DNA of 64,000 nucleotides from assembly GCA_027923505.1 (NCBI GenBank), contig BROI01000024.1:124001-188000 (forward strand), given 5' to 3'. Numbering within the stretch: position 1 is the first letter of the stretch; each line of letters begins with the position of its first letter. The notes beneath the pieces are model-generated. The model did not search any database, was not told where the DNA came from, and worked only from the letters and a program-made list of their open reading frames with translations. The stretch comes from Mayamaea pseudoterrestris (Eukaryota). Both the position numbers and the translations under genes were made by a program. Shown piece by piece: positions 1-12,159 of the stretch.

Positions 1-1
1 C

Positions 2-3000
2 GACTCATGCGAAGATTGTTCCGACGCTATATATATGGGTTCGACTACATGTGATGGAAATACTATGGGCGGTGAAATCGAAATTTTGCGCGCTTTTTAT
101 CTGTCGACGCATGGTGACGATTGGAGCTCAAATGATGGTTGGACTTCCACTGACAACTATTGCTCATGGTACGGAATAACTTGCGACTCTAACAGGAAAG
201 TCGCCCGAATAGTTTTGGAGTCAAATGGTTTATACGGTCCAGTTGGCTCGTCGCTTTTTGCGCTGCCGGAGTTGGTTGAATTAAATTTAGCGAAAAATGA
301 TGTTGTAGTTAACATCAGCGGACTGGCAGCAGCCAATAATCTACAGATACTGAACGTCTCTCGGACTGGGCTTGATTCTCTGGAAGGAATTAGTAAAGCC
401 TCTCATTTGGCAGAGCTATACGCTGATGAAAACGCTATGCCAGGATATTTCCCCGCCGAGCTTTTGACGCTGACGAGCCTTGTTAAGCTGCACTTGAATT
501 ACAACATGTACTCTGGTCGGATCCCGGCTAGTATATCCACTCTTGCAAACCTTCAGGAACTCTCCCTGTTCCATAACCGCTTGACTGGTGAGCTACCCGG
601 TGCTCTAGGTTCCTTATCGAGTCTGCGCATACTGGCTTTATCGGAAAATAACTTTATCGGCTCCCTTCCTACGGAGCTGAACAATCTCTCGAATCTCGAG
701 GTACTTGCTATCCAAAGAGAAGGCGGGACAGATGGAACAGCCAAAGATATTGGCATAAATCAAGAAAGGAGTGAAGACGCGGGCCCAGGACTAACAGGTC
801 GCATCCTTTCCTTTAATGGCCTACCAAAGCTTCGGGAACTATATCTAGGCGTTAACAGTTTGTCAGGAGCTTTACCAGTCGACTTTCTTGACGGAGTTGA
901 AGACAAATCTGCCTTAATCCAGGTAGACCTTACTTTGAACGACTTGGTAGGCACCGTGCCGAGTTCCTTGGCTCGGTTTGATCAAATGACGCTTTATCTC
1001 GCGGGCAACATGATTTCGGCTATTGCGGAAGGTATCTGTCGGCAGTCAGCTTGGATGAACGGCGAAGTTGGACGGCTAGGATGCGCGGCGATCATGTGCG
1101 AAGCTGGAACATTCAACAAAATTGGACGCGCAGCTGAAACTACCCCTTGTACTTCCTGTGATGACGGCGAGGTTGCGAAATATTACGGTAGCTTTCAATG
1201 TCTTGATGCAGCCGACCAACGTTCATGGGACGATCGCCAAATACTAATCGATTTGTATAAATCAACGGACGGAGGCTCGTGGACAAACTCGGATGGTTGG
1301 CTTGATGACGATATTTCAATCTGCGACTGGTTTGGAATCACATGCACTGAAGGCGGATCTTCTGTTAAGTCCATTCGCTTAGAGCAAAATGGTTTGCGTG
1401 GCAACGTTCCAAGGTCAATTTACGCGCTGCCGCGTCTTCGTGACATTAGTTTTGCCAAGAATGATATCAGTTTCTCCTTCTCGGGGATCGCAACGGCGTC
1501 AAGTCTTGTCTACGTCGACCTCGACAGCACTGGTCTACAATCGCTTCAAGGGATCGAGAGTGCCTCCGGTCTTGAAGTGCTTTCAGTTGCTTCCAATGAT
1601 TTCAAGAATATGTTTCCTGACGCTGTGTTCAGTCTGACCAATCTTCAGTATCTCGAACTCTCTGACAACCTCTTCAATGTGTATTTTCCTATCGCTTTTG
1701 GGAAACTTTTGAATTTGGAGAGCTTATCATGTTCAAGGTGTGGACTTGTCGGCACTCTTCCGTCGAACATTGGGTCGCTGCAGGCGCTCACGTCGCTTAA
1801 ATTGGAGATGAACACCCTGTATGGTTCGCTACCAACGTCGTTTGGCAATTTGCAGTTGCTTTCTGTCCTTGATTTGTCGAACCAGCTTTACAATTCTGAT
1901 GTGATGCAGGGAGCGCAGGCTGGGAAGGTGGGATTTGGAGGTACACTTGATGTGTTTAGCAACTTGACTCAAGCATCAGAGCTTCATCTTCAAAACAATC
2001 GATTCACGTCATCGATCCCAAGCACTTTTTTACTTAAAACTGCTGCTGAGTCATTGCGTGTTGTTGATCTCCGAGGTAACGCCCTTACTGGTTCGATACC
2101 AACTGAGCTGAGTCGATTTCTGTCGCCACAGATACTTCTTGCTGACAACATGATCCAGAATCTGCCACAAGAGATTTGCTCGCTGCCATGGAATGGAAAA
2201 TCGTCTGCGGCATATAATTGTGATCATATTCTGTGCAATATAGGCAGTTCCAATGGCTTGGGTTATGCAACCGATAGTATTCCTTGCATTGCATGTCCTG
2301 GCGGTTTCAACGACTCGCCTTATTTTGGTGGTACATCGTGCGGTCCAGATATGGAAAGAGACATTCTTGATCAGCTATTTATGGAGCTAAATGGAGATGA
2401 ATGGATCAACCGCGATGGATGGTACGCAGGCGCAGAAACCTGTCGGCGTTACGGTGTTGCCTGCGACAGCAAGGGACTAGTACTCGCACTTGAACTCCCT
2501 GGTAATCAGCTACGCGGAGTTGTTACGCCGAGGATCTGGCAGCTTACGCGCATGGTCGAACTGGATCTTTCGAATAATGAAGTTGAGGTATCATTTCAAA
2601 GCATTGCTGCTCTGGACAGTCTTAAATCTCTAATATTGTCAGGAACGAATACTCGCACGTTGGATCACCTCGGCGGCGCAACGACTCTGACATCGTTACA
2701 TCTTGAGAACAACCTCCTTTCCGGCCCTATTCCAGACCAGCTTTATAAGCTGACAAACCTCGAAAGCCTTTACGTTGATCATAATCAACTGACAGGCTCC
2801 ATTTCGTCAAGTATTGGTAACCTTGCGAAACTGCAGGAAGTTTCTCTTTCAGAAAACAAGCTAAGTGGCTCGCTTGAAAACTTGCAGCTCCTTCCAAAGC
2901 TTCGTGCTATCGCGCTTGGGCGCAACAATTTCTCTGGGACGATACCTAAATTTCTAAGTTCTTCTCAGAATTTGGAATTGTTAAATCTACAGGGGGCGAC

Positions 3001-5587
3001 TAGCAAGGACGGCGACGGAGCACAGTCCGGGCTATCGGGACCACTACCCAGCTTTTCAGGTACACCTCGCCTTCGTGAATTGAACCTTGCGTCAAATACT
3101 CTTTCTGGAACCATTCCTAGGAAATTCTTGGACATGGTCAACCCTGCATCAACCGCTTCCGTCAACTTGGACAATAACCGCATTATCGGCGGCGTGCCTA
3201 CAACACTTACCAAGTTTTCGGACCTCAGAATTTCGCTTGCAGGGAATTTGATCAATGATGTACCAGAAAGTATCTGTTCCATGTCCAATTGGATGGGTGG
3301 GCTAGTCGGCACGGGGTGTGATGCATTCCTCTGTATGCCTGACACTTACAACACGTATGGTCGACGCCTTCCGAATGAGAATTGTGAGCCATGCAACTAT
3401 AGAGGCGTTGCGAAATATTACGGCAGCACATTTTGCGGATCAGCTTTTCCTAAGTCCTTGTCGCAGTTCGAAATTTTGTCTCAGTTCTGGGCGGCAAGCA
3501 ATGGGCGGGAATGGACTAATTTAAAAGGCTGGACGACGTCACCTTCGGTATGCGAGTGGTATGGTATCACATGTGGTATTGACGACAGTGGGCGGGAAGT
3601 CGTAACGGAAATTAATCTTGCAAGCAATAATTTGCAGTGGGATGCTTTGTCGGTCCTTTTCTACTTGCCAAAGTTGCGAGTACTGAACCTTGCAAACAAT
3701 GACGTGAATCTTGTGCTCACTGAGATTCACAATGCGGCGTCGTTAGAAGAGCTTGCTATCTCTGGGACAAGGGTAAAAACGCTTAAAGGTATTGGTGGCG
3801 CAAAAAAGCTGAAGATTTTGAGAACTGCACGAAATGCTTTTTATGGTGCGGAACTACTCGACGAGCTCTATTCCTTGACCGATCTGATTGAAGTTGACAT
3901 TTCGAGCTGCGGCTTCGTCGGCAGTTTGAGCCCAGGCATTGAATCTCTTGCAAACCTGGAGGAATTCAACGCAGCAAATAATGACTTGACGGGGCAACTC
4001 CCTGGAGGGCTGTTTCGGTTGGGAAAATTGAAGCGACTGATATTATCTGGCAATAATTTTATTGGAGAAATACCTCTGAGCAGTGGAGCGTCGACATCGC
4101 TCGAGATATTGGCCATCGACGCGAGGAAAAGAAGCACCGCGGGACTATCGGGACCACTACCTGCATTTGCCAACATGACAAATCTCAAGATTCTTGATCT
4201 TGGCTCGAACTCGCTTACCGGCTCAATCCCCGATGATTTTATCTCCTCTGTTCGATCCAACGGTGGGACAATTACTGTTCGGCTGGATGGAAACGTTCTA
4301 ACGGGGGATGTGCCTACCACTTTGCGCAACATTGTCAATCTGAATTTGGACTTAAGCGATAACGAAATCGAAACAGTAAGTTCGGAGTTATGCACCATGA
4401 CGAATTGGGCGGACGGCGACGTTGGACGATACGGCTGCGACGGTTTGCTTTGTCCAGCAAGAACATATAGTGCTATAGGACGCCAATCGTCTGACCAAAT
4501 TAAATGCGATTATTGTCCTGGATCCACTTCGCCATACTTGGGTCAGACGGTTTGCCCCTCTGTTCAGAAAGCGAGGAATAGGGAGATTCTCGAGCGACTG
4601 TTCGATACAACGAATGGCCGAAAGTGGAACCGAAACGATGGCTGGAAGGAGTCGGATGACATATGCGAGTGGTTCGGCGTTACCTGCGCTGGAGCTGACG
4701 ATATTGAGATCGAGTCCATTGACCTTGGTTCCAATAATTTAGTTGGGCGTCTTCCCTCAGAAATCTTCCAGCTTCCCGGACTCGGATCATTGTCGTTCTC
4801 CTCAAATCCAATCGACTTCCGCTTCGATGGCATCGAACTCGCTGAAAGCTTGACAAGCTTACAACTCGACTCGATCGGTCTGAGATCTTTGCAAGGCATC
4901 GGGAAAGCTACCCGACTCGTTGAGCTTCTCATTCGCTTCAATAATTTTCAAGGCGGGTTAACTGACGAGCTCTCCAAGCTTACAAACCTCGAGACCTTTT
5001 ACTGCGGCGACAGTAGTCTCACAGGACGCCTGCCCACGTTTGACAATAACCGCAAGCTGAGCGCATTGCGTTTAGGCGGAAACGCTTTCACAGGCGCGCT
5101 TCCATCATTTGATTTTCATCCAAGACTTCGCACTCTGGACGTTAGCGACAATCAATTGACAGGAGACATTCCGGATGATTTGCTGGCCGCGTCTGACGTT
5201 TCGAAACCAATCTTTTTGGATTTGTCCAACAATGAGCTCTCAGGTAACATTCCTGATTCGCTTCTTCGCTTCCCAATGGTTACAATTTTTGCAAGAGACA
5301 ACAAAATTGATAGCATCAACCCCAAGTTATGCTCTATGGATAATTGGAATGAGGGAGACGTTGACTTGTATCAGTGCGACGGCATCTTGTGTCCGCCGTT
5401 TACGTTCTCACCCCGAGGCAGAGCGTCTGAAGGAGAAGCATGCATATACTGCGGCGATGCTCCCTATTATGGTAGCTCTTCGTGTCCAAACGCCGTGTAT
5501 GGAGAATCGGCAGCGTCGTCGACTAAACTTGCGATTTGGGCCGCGACTCTTTTGAGCGCAGCCATTGCATTCCTAGCTTGTCTGTGA
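2..5587 (+). CDS. Giant modular leucine-rich-repeat cell-surface protein (5' end lies outside the window); five visible N-cap + LRR + Cys-rich modules, hydrophobic C-terminus
   Basis: The frame is open from base 2 (DSCEDCSDAIY-MGSTTC), so the track's ATG at 35 is probably internal. There are five copies of an 'ILxxxxxxxxGxxWxxxxGW...CxWxGxxC'-like cap, plant-type LxxLxLxxNxLxGxIP repeats and Cys-rich linkers. The protein ends in SAASS plus a hydrophobic tail (GPI-signal-like). Confidence 0.9.
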   Translation, partial: DSCEDCSDAIYMGSTTCDGNTMGGEIEILRAFYLSTHGDDWSSNDGWTSTDNYCSWYGITCDSNRKVARIVLESNGLYGPVGSSLFALPELVELNLAKNDVVVNISGLAAANNLQILNVSRTGLDSLEGISKASHLAELYADENAMPGYFPAELLTLTSLVKLHLNYNMYSGRIPASISTLANLQELSLFHNRLTGELPGALGSLSSLRILALSENNFIGSLPTELNNLSNLEVLAIQREGGTDGTAKDIGINQERSEDAGPGLTGRILSFNGLPKLRELYLGVNSLSGALPVDFLDGVEDKSALIQVDLTLNDLVGTVPSSLARFDQMTLYLAGNMISAIAEGICRQSAWMNGEVGRLGCAAIMCEAGTFNKIGRAAETTPCTSCDDGEVAKYYGSFQCLDAADQRSWDDRQILIDLYKSTDGGSWTNSDGWLDDDISICDWFGITCTEGGSSVKSIRLEQNGLRGNVPRSIYALPRLRDISFAKNDISFSFSGIATASSLVYVDLDSTGLQSLQGIESASGLEVLSVASNDFKNMFPDAVFSLTNLQYLELSDNLFNVYFPIAFGKLLNLESLSCSRCGLVGTLPSNIGSLQALTSLKLEMNTLYGSLPTSFGNLQLLSVLDLSNQLYNSDVMQGAQAGKVGFGGTLDVFSNLTQASELHLQNNRFTSSIPSTFLLKTAAESLRVVDLRGNALTGSIPTELSRFLSPQILLADNMIQNLPQEICSLPWNGKSSAAYNCDHILCNIGSSNGLGYATDSIPCIACPGGFNDSPYFGGTSCGPDMERDILDQLFMELNGDEWINRDGWYAGAETCRRYGVACDSKGLVLALELPGNQLRGVVTPRIWQLTRMVELDLSNNEVEVSFQSIAALDSLKSLILSGTNTRTLDHLGGATTLTSLHLENNLLSGPIPDQLYKLTNLESLYVDHNQLTGSISSSIGNLAKLQEVSLSENKLSGSLENLQLLPKLRAIALGRNNFSGTIPKFLSSSQNLELLNLQGATSKDGDGAQSGLSGPLPSFSGTPRLRELNLASNTLSGTIPRKFLDMVNPASTASVNLDNNRIIGGVPTTLTKFSDLRISLAGNLINDVPESICSMSNWMGGLVGTGCDAFLCMPDTYNTYGRRLPNENCEPCNYRGVAKYYGSTFCGSAFPKSLSQFEILSQFWAASNGREWTNLKGWTTSPSVCEWYGITCGIDDSGREVVTEINLASNNLQWDALSVLFYLPKLRVLNLANNDVNLVLTEIHNAASLEELAISGTRVKTLKGIGGAKKLKILRTARNAFYGAELLDELYSLTDLIEVDISSCGFVGSLSPGIESLANLEEFNAANNDLTGQLPGGLFRLGKLKRLILSGNNFIGEIPLSSGASTSLEILAIDARKRSTAGLSGPLPAFANMTNLKILDLGSNSLTGSIPDDFISSVRSNGGTITVRLDGNVLTGDVPTTLRNIVNLNLDLSDNEIETVSSELCTMTNWADGDVGRYGCDGLLCPARTYSAIGRQSSDQIKCDYCPGSTSPYLGQTVCPSVQKARNREILERLFDTTNGRKWNRNDGWKESDDICEWFGVTCAGADDIEIESIDLGSNNLVGRLPSEIFQLPGLGSLSFSSNPIDFRFDGIELAESLTSLQLDSIGLRSLQGIGKATRLVELLIRFNNFQGGLTDELSKLTNLETFYCGDSSLTGRLPTFDNNRKLSALRLGGNAFTGALPSFDFHPRLRTLDVSDNQLTGDIPDDLLAASDVSKPIFLDLSNNELSGNIPDSLLRFPMVTIFARDNKIDSINPKLCSMDNWNEGDVDLYQCDGILCPPFTFSPRGRASEGEACIYCGDAPYYGSSSCPNAVYGESAASSTKLAIWAATLLSAAIAFLACL

Positions 5588-5885
5588 GTGCGCAGGAGCC
5601 AAATCACGCGCGATTAGAACCTATTATATTAAAAAGCTTTTACATATCTTATACCTGTAGCCATGGTTTGTTATAGTGTGGAAGCGGCAACTTTACGCCG
5701 CAGCAGCTACTGCATTGAATGAGCAACGGGTATCTGAGAGTCGGTCCGGTACCCAACATCATCGATGAAAGCGCGCTGGCGACAGCAAAGTCGAATGTCG
5801 AATGCATCGGCGGCTCTTGCTTACCAAGGCTGAGTAGTGTTCTTGCCAGTAGCATCGTAACGACAGACTCACACTGCAATAAGAA

Positions 5886-8800
5886 ATGAAGGCAGTCAAG
5901 AATCCGGAAAAGACTGCGGTCGAGCGATCCCGCGTTCGTCGTCGAAAAATCAATCCAGCCTCGCCACCTACGACGCTCGAACTGCATGGTGTTCGAATAC
6001 ACTTTCCCTTCAAGCCATATGCATGTCAAGAGGATTACATGAAGAAAGTCTTGGAGGCTTTGTTTCGGGGCGAAAATGCTTTGCTGGAGAGCCCGACTGG
6101 AACGTAAGTTTGTCTCGATTGTAGGTTCGAGGTGCTCCATGCATAATTTGTTTGCACGTCACATGACCTAGCCCACTGATGTACTGACAATGCATTCCCC
6201 TCTTTCGTCCTTCAGCGGTAAAACGCTTTGCCTATTATGCGCTGCACTGGCTTGGCAAAGAGAGCAGTCGCGAATACTCCAGACGCAGCAGCAGCCTGTC
6301 GCTTCGTCACAGACAGCCAATGGTGGCAGCGACCAGCAACAAGCACAGCCATACAAACCGCGAGTCCCAACCATCATTTATGCGTCTCGAACGCACTCGC
6401 AGCTTTCTCAGGTTGTTCGAGAACTCCGCAATACACGCTATCGTCCACTGCATGCTGTCCTGGGGTCGAGGGAACAAATGTGTGTCAACCCCAAGGTGAA
6501 AAAGGCAACGAGCACATCAGCCGACATTAACCACGACTGCAACAAGCTTGGAAAGGAGCGAAAGTGTAAGTTTCGAAACAACTTGGAAGGTTTTGTTGCA
6601 CCAGCAAACGAAAAAGGTGGAACTGGAAATGATTGTCAGCCAGTCATGGACATGGAGGACCTTGTAAAGATGGGAAATGAGCACAAGGTGTGTCCTTTCT
6701 ACTATACTCGCTCCCAGGTTGAGAATGCCGAGCTAATTTTGGTTCCTTATAACTACTTGTTTGACAAGGATGCCAAGGAGTCCACTCTTCAAGGCATTGA
6801 CTGGAAGAATTCAGTCGTCATTTTTGATGAGGCGCACAACCTTGAATCCTTTGCTAGTGAATCCGCAAGTTTTGACCTTTCAAACACCGATATTGCTGGT
6901 TGTATAATGGATGTGAACAAAACAATCAACTACATTGACTCAGGACAAGAAAGCATTCAAAATCTGAAACGCGAAAACATGCTCAGACTCAAAATGATCT
7001 TTCTCAAGCTCGAGGATACTATTGCTAATTTTAATAACCAAGGCGCATATGCCGGCGAATTCATGATGGAAATTTTTCGACAGGGCTACATTACTCATGC
7101 TAATCACGAAATTTTGATTGATGAGCTGCGCAAAGTGAACGATTTTCTCATGGATATGAGAGGCTCTTCGCGTGGAAGTGCAAGCTTTGATCATTTCGTG
7201 CACTGCTTGAAGCGAGTCTTCAGTCATCCAAACGAGTCTCGTTGCCTCGCAAAGGCTGCCTTTTATCGCGTCCATGTTACGCCGAAGCCGACTGGAAATC
7301 AACGCTCTGGTCGTACAGTCTCCTACTGGTGTTTTGCTCCGTCTCTTGCCATGGAAGAACTGACAGCTAAATCCATCATTGTCACGTCAGGCACTCTGGC
7401 GCCACTTAAAGGTTTGAGCATGGAGCTGGGTCTTAAGTTTCCACATACGCTCGAAAATCCGCACATTATCACTGAAAAACAGATTCATGTTCGTGTCATT
7501 GGCAAGGGAGTCAGCGGCAAGGCGCTTTCGAGTTCCTACGAACGGCGGCAGAACGGCGACTACTTTGCCGAACTTGGAAACACGTTGGTGAGCTTGGCCA
7601 AGATTATTCCTGCTGGGATGCTCATATTTTTTCCGAGCTACAGCGTCATGGATGAGTGTATTGAGCGTTGGGGTGGCCCATCGTCGAACCGCAACGCTGC
7701 GGGAGGCGACAAGGGAGCCAAATTCTTCGCCCCGAGAAATCGGCAGCAACCTGGCAAAAAGTATGTTTTCATATGCACCCCGACAATCTACGTCGACCCG
7801 AACGTTACTCGAACGCCGTGGAAACGATTGACTTGTACCAAGTCTGTCGTTATTGAGCCACGATCATCAGCTGATCTTCCGGACGCCATATCCGAGTTCC
7901 AGCGGTTGTTGGCGCTGCCAAAGTCACGAGGGTGCATACTGATGGGAGTGTGCCGGGGAAAAATTAGCGAAGGAATTGATTTTGCCAATGAGCAAAGCCG
8001 AGCAGTCGTCATTACTGGCTTACCCTTTCCACCAACTCATGATCCGAAAATCAAGATGAAAAAAGAATATCTTGATGCCTCGCGAACGCAGCATAGCATG
8101 AAGCCATCCGGCGAAGCAGGTTTTAAAGGCCAAGCCCATTTATCGTCCAATGACATACTCTCTGGTCACGAGTGGTATACGCAGCAAGCCCACCGCGCAG
8201 TTAACCAAGCAATCGGGAGAGTCATTCGAAACCGCACGGACTACGGAGCCGTGATTCTACTGGACGAGCGATTTGGCCAAAACCAGAATAAAGAAGGGTT
8301 AAGTATGTGGCTCCGTCCTCACATAAAGAACGACGAAGGCTTTGGCGTTGCAGTTAGGGGGTTGGTATCATTTTACAAGGAAGCAGACGCTCAGACCAAG
8401 GAAATGGCGAAAAAGGACGCGGAAGCCGAAGCCAAATCTGTCGTGCTTGAATATGAGGAAGAGGACGACGATGTGTTGTTTACGAAAGTCGCGATTGTTC
8501 GAAGACCGGCAAATGAAACTGTGGACGGGGAGGATACCCTTGTATCAGTTCAAGAAGAAGCGCAAGCGCGAGACTATGTAGCACCTGGAGACATCATATC
8601 GCGTGTTGACGTACGAGACGCGAAGCGAACCGAGACAATCTACCAACAGCTCCCTGAGCCCGGACCATCCAGTAATCCGACTACCGGTTCCGGAAAGTTC
8701 GACGCTGTCTTTCAACAAAAGTCAACCGCAGCTCCGTCACATACTAATGCTGCGCAGTTTTTTGCAATGGCCAAGAGGTTACTGAGCCACGACGAGCTTG

Positions 8801-9996
8801 CCACCATGAAAAAAGCTGTCGTGGCAATTAAAACGCACAACGAAAAGAACGATCTTCAATCGTACGTTCAAACGGCCCGGCAGATAGTGGAATTAATAAA
8901 TAAGCATGATCACCTTGAATTGAACACCGGACCTGGCGAATCACGAATGCTGCTTATTTTCTTCAAGCTCCAATCAAAACCTCGAAAGAAGCAGATTGAG
9001 GATGTTGCAATGCGAATGGTATTTGACAGCTCGTCTCTTGGTCGCCTATGCTGTGAACTTTTGCCGGAGACTCGCCAAAGCATTGTTCGAATTGATATGG
9101 TTGCTCTGTTGCAGCATCTTTGGTGCGAAAGTGATGTAGATGGAACAATGAAGAGACAAAAGCTTGTTGATAAGTCTAAACAGGTTCTTCAAGTGTTATT
9201 AAATTTGGACAAAGCCGCTTCCTCGTCACTTGTCGGCGCTTACATGAAATTGGTTCCATCGGATAGGGTTGCCGAAGCCCGTGCGCTGGTAGATCAGTTA
9301 ACGGCAACATTGAACGTGGACAAGCTCAAAGCTGCCGACAAAGCCCGCTTCGGAGAGACTTCGGTGAATTCGGATCGTTTCAAAATGGCGTCGGGCCCGT
9401 TAATTAAGGTGGAGCGAGCAAATGTCACTGCTGGTAATGCGCCCCAGCCGGCCGATGCGGCCCTGCCCGCGACAAAGCGCCCGCTGGAAGTAGCTGGAGC
9501 AATTCGGAATCCTTACGCTAAAAAGAAACTTCCTTCGACGACCGTCGTCAGCACTGAGCGGTGTATCTTATCAAGCCAGCCCACACTCTTACATCAAAAT
9601 CGCGTGGGTTCATTATCGTCCGTTCTACAGAAAGTTGAGCAATCAGGTCCGTATCTCCCCTCCGGAGGCGACCAATTTGCCAAGGCTGCAGAGAGTCTTC
9701 AGATGCAAGCGAATGGTGCGATGAATAAAAACTTGACATGTCCGATCTGTACGACTATTGGTTTGAAGGAGCCATTTATTGCAGAATGTGGACACATTGC
9801 TTGTCTTGGCTGTTGGAAATCTTGGTTTAAACGGTCCCCCTCTTGCCCAACCTGTCGGAAACCTGCGAGCAAAGAATCCATTGCTCGTGTCGTGTTTGAA
9901 AGGCCGCCAAATGTAGATGACAAGTGTTTGGGCGGTACTTACCCCCAAGACAGAGCTGACAACTCGTCCGAAGATGAGCTGGAAATTACTTATTAA
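5886..9996 (+). CDS. RTEL1: RTEL1-like Fe-S (XPD family) DNA helicase with C-terminal RING finger; exons 5886-6103 and 6216-9996
   Basis: Splicing of the GT-AG intron 6104-6215 rebuilds Walker A ESPTGTGKT. Other motifs: FPFKPY Q-motif, YASRTHSQL, Fe-S cysteines and CPFY, DEAHN, TSGTL, GKISEGIDF, QAIGRVIR, and C-terminal CPIC...CGHIACLGC...CPTC. Confidence 0.92.
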
Positions 9997-10038
9997 AGTC
10001 CTATTGCTAGAATACTAAAAAGTCATTAAAGCTTCTTT

Positions 10039-11280
10039 TTATTTGAACCCCATATCCTCAACGTCTTCTCGTAGCCGACGATTAGGATCCTCATACCGGA
10101 CAACTTCGTCCTCCTCCTCGTCCGGGGCAGCTGCGTTAGCAGCCAACTCCTCGAGCTCATCCAGGTCTGGCAATGGATACCGTAACAATGCTGCTACACC
10201 GGAAACTTGCTGCAATTGTTGCCCCGAAACATGCATGGACGAAAAAATGAAAACCTTGCCTCCCGTCGCTCTCACCGACTCGACCAATTGAACGTATAGC
10301 CGTCTCGTCTTGACATCGGAACTGCGAAAGAGTTCGTCAGTAACAAGAAGAGATTCAATGGCAAGCTGCTCATGAGCTTTGGAAACATGATCAAATCCGT
10401 AGTAGGCACGATCCGGATCATCATTCATCATTTTCATAAACCGCTGCAAGACCTCCACCTCTTGCGCAAACTTGGTGTCGGACATTTGTGCCATGACTCC
10501 AGGATCGGCAAAAACTTCCTCTAGTGCATGCTTGTGTCCCGACGAAGCTTTGCACAATACAAACTTGGATTTGTTTTCAACAAATGGTCGATCGTCGCGA
10601 CGAACCGACTCCTGCAAAAGGTATTGGTAAAAGTCATCCTTGACAAAGCCCGGAGAACCTAGCAGAATGCACTTAATTTTGGTAAAATCAATATGCTGCA
10701 ATATCGCTCGGTATACAGCCTCATAGAACTTTGTAATCGCCTTGTCATGCTGACTACTACCAGTTCGTTTCTTGGGGATGTTTGTTTCAATCCGCGACTT
10801 GACAATGGTCAATGCGCCAGTCACCAAACAAACATGCGCCAAGCCCGATTGCATGACGACTGCAGCAATCTCCGCCTGTCGTTCCGGATTAACAGCTTCG
10901 TCAATCCGATCCAAAAATACTTGATCCCAGCATTCCTTTTCAATCGAAAAGTTTTGCGTCAATTCCAGCGTCAGCGTATGCATGGCTCCCATACGGACAT
11001 TATCATTCTCCGACGTGACAGGTCCAGATAATCTCACTTGCAGTACTTCCGGATCAAAGTCAACCTTTTGCAGTTGAATCGTTAGCATGAGACGCATCTT
11101 GTTGCTGGAGGTAGATCCAGTCGCCGACTCCTTGACGACCTTGCGAACCGTGGTGCATCTCACCAAGTCTCCCACCTGGAGCAGATTAAAGGCATGCCAA
11201 AGGTCTTCGGATGTTTCGGGTCGCAGTAAGATGGTACCGCTTCCATCCTTTTGCTTGATTTGGCGCTTGAGGAGCTTCAT
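10039..11280 (-). CDS. PELO: Pelota/Dom34 ribosome rescue factor, copy A
   Basis: MKLLKRQI...PETSEDLWHAFNL, RKVVKES, MGAMHTL, SPGFVK, SSMHVSGQQL...GVAALLRYP. Intronless, 413 aa from ATG 11280. Confidence 0.95.
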   Translation of the reverse strand: MKLLKRQIKQKDGSGTILLRPETSEDLWHAFNLLQVGDLVRCTTVRKVVKESATGSTSSNKMRLMLTIQLQKVDFDPEVLQVRLSGPVTSENDNVRMGAMHTLTLELTQNFSIEKECWDQVFLDRIDEAVNPERQAEIAAVVMQSGLAHVCLVTGALTIVKSRIETNIPKKRTGSSQHDKAITKFYEAVYRAILQHIDFTKIKCILLGSPGFVKDDFYQYLLQESVRRDDRPFVENKSKFVLCKASSGHKHALEEVFADPGVMAQMSDTKFAQEVEVLQRFMKMMNDDPDRAYYGFDHVSKAHEQLAIESLLVTDELFRSSDVKTRRLYVQLVESVRATGGKVFIFSSMHVSGQQLQQVSGVAALLRYPLPDLDELEELAANAAAPDEEEDEVVRYEDPNRRLREDVEDMGFK

Positions 11281-11419
11281 GGTGGAACAATGGGATGATG
11301 ATGGTTGCTTTCTGCGCACGTCGCGACACTTCTCAGTACCGCTGCGATTGCATTACCGGTACGATGATAGACTTCCACGCGCATCCGCGGAGCACGACGA
11401 TGGTGAACGACTCGCTCAT

Positions 11420-11653
11420 TAAAAGAAACCTGCTAGCTGAAGTGCAAGTTAGGTGTCAATCAAGCTCGCCAGGGAGTAGACGCTGGAGAGTCCTTTAGTT
11501 GTAGCAATAAGCTCACAATTTTAGATTTGAGTTGCTTTCAAACAAGTTGTCGTCGAGCGTAAGTGCGGGACTTTGATTCCAAGAGTCATAGGCTGCCGCC
11601 AGGGGACTAAACTAAAGTCCTCGGGTAGCTCGTCACCAGATAGACTTCTTTGA
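11420..11653 (+). repeat. 5' LTR of copia element 1
   Basis: TAAAAGAAACC...CTTCTTTGA; no difference from 19174-19407 found by eye. Confidence 0.95.
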
Positions 11654-11666
11654 GGTTATGAGCCCA
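11654..11666 (+). promoter_or_regulatory. Primer-binding site complementary to the anticodon arm of initiator tRNA-Met (half-tRNA priming)
   Basis: GGTTATGAGCCCA directly follows the LTR. Its reverse complement contains GGGCTCATAACC, the tRNA-iMet anticodon stem-loop, as in Drosophila copia/Ty5-type priming. Confidence 0.85.
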
Positions 11667-12159
11667 AACAGCTATCGCGAACCTTGACAAAACCTGATTG
11701 TCAAGCTTAACAAGAGAAGATGCATTCCATACGAAGAAGCAACCGGGCGTAACAAGAACTTTCGCGAATTTTTGTCACCATCCGATCGTCTGGATTAAGC
11801 CCCTCGCCAAGGGTAATATGGCCCGTGTCAAGCGTCACTGATCCTGTACAGTCTAACAGACAGTACCAAGCAAGCAGTCGCGTCAACACTTTGATTACTG
11901 AGCGAGTCCCTTAAGTGGAAACTTTCGCCAAAAGTGTCAATGCCTCCCAATTATTGCAAGTTGGTCATTTAAGAAGGCTGCCTAAAATAGGCTTAAATAA
12001 GAAATTTCGAGTATCCAACGGAAGAAAATTCCTGGCGTGCTCGCCCACGGTTTGTCGAGTTGCCACCATGAGGCAAACGAAACCAAAACAAGCAAGCAAA
12101 CAGCAAGCGTTTTAACCAAGTTAACAAGCAGCAATCAACCACCTACCGTTACCATCAAG

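Noticed and set aside
5649..6140. 163-aa minus-strand ORF
   Set aside because: Antisense to RTEL1 exon 1 and its promoter; no motifs.
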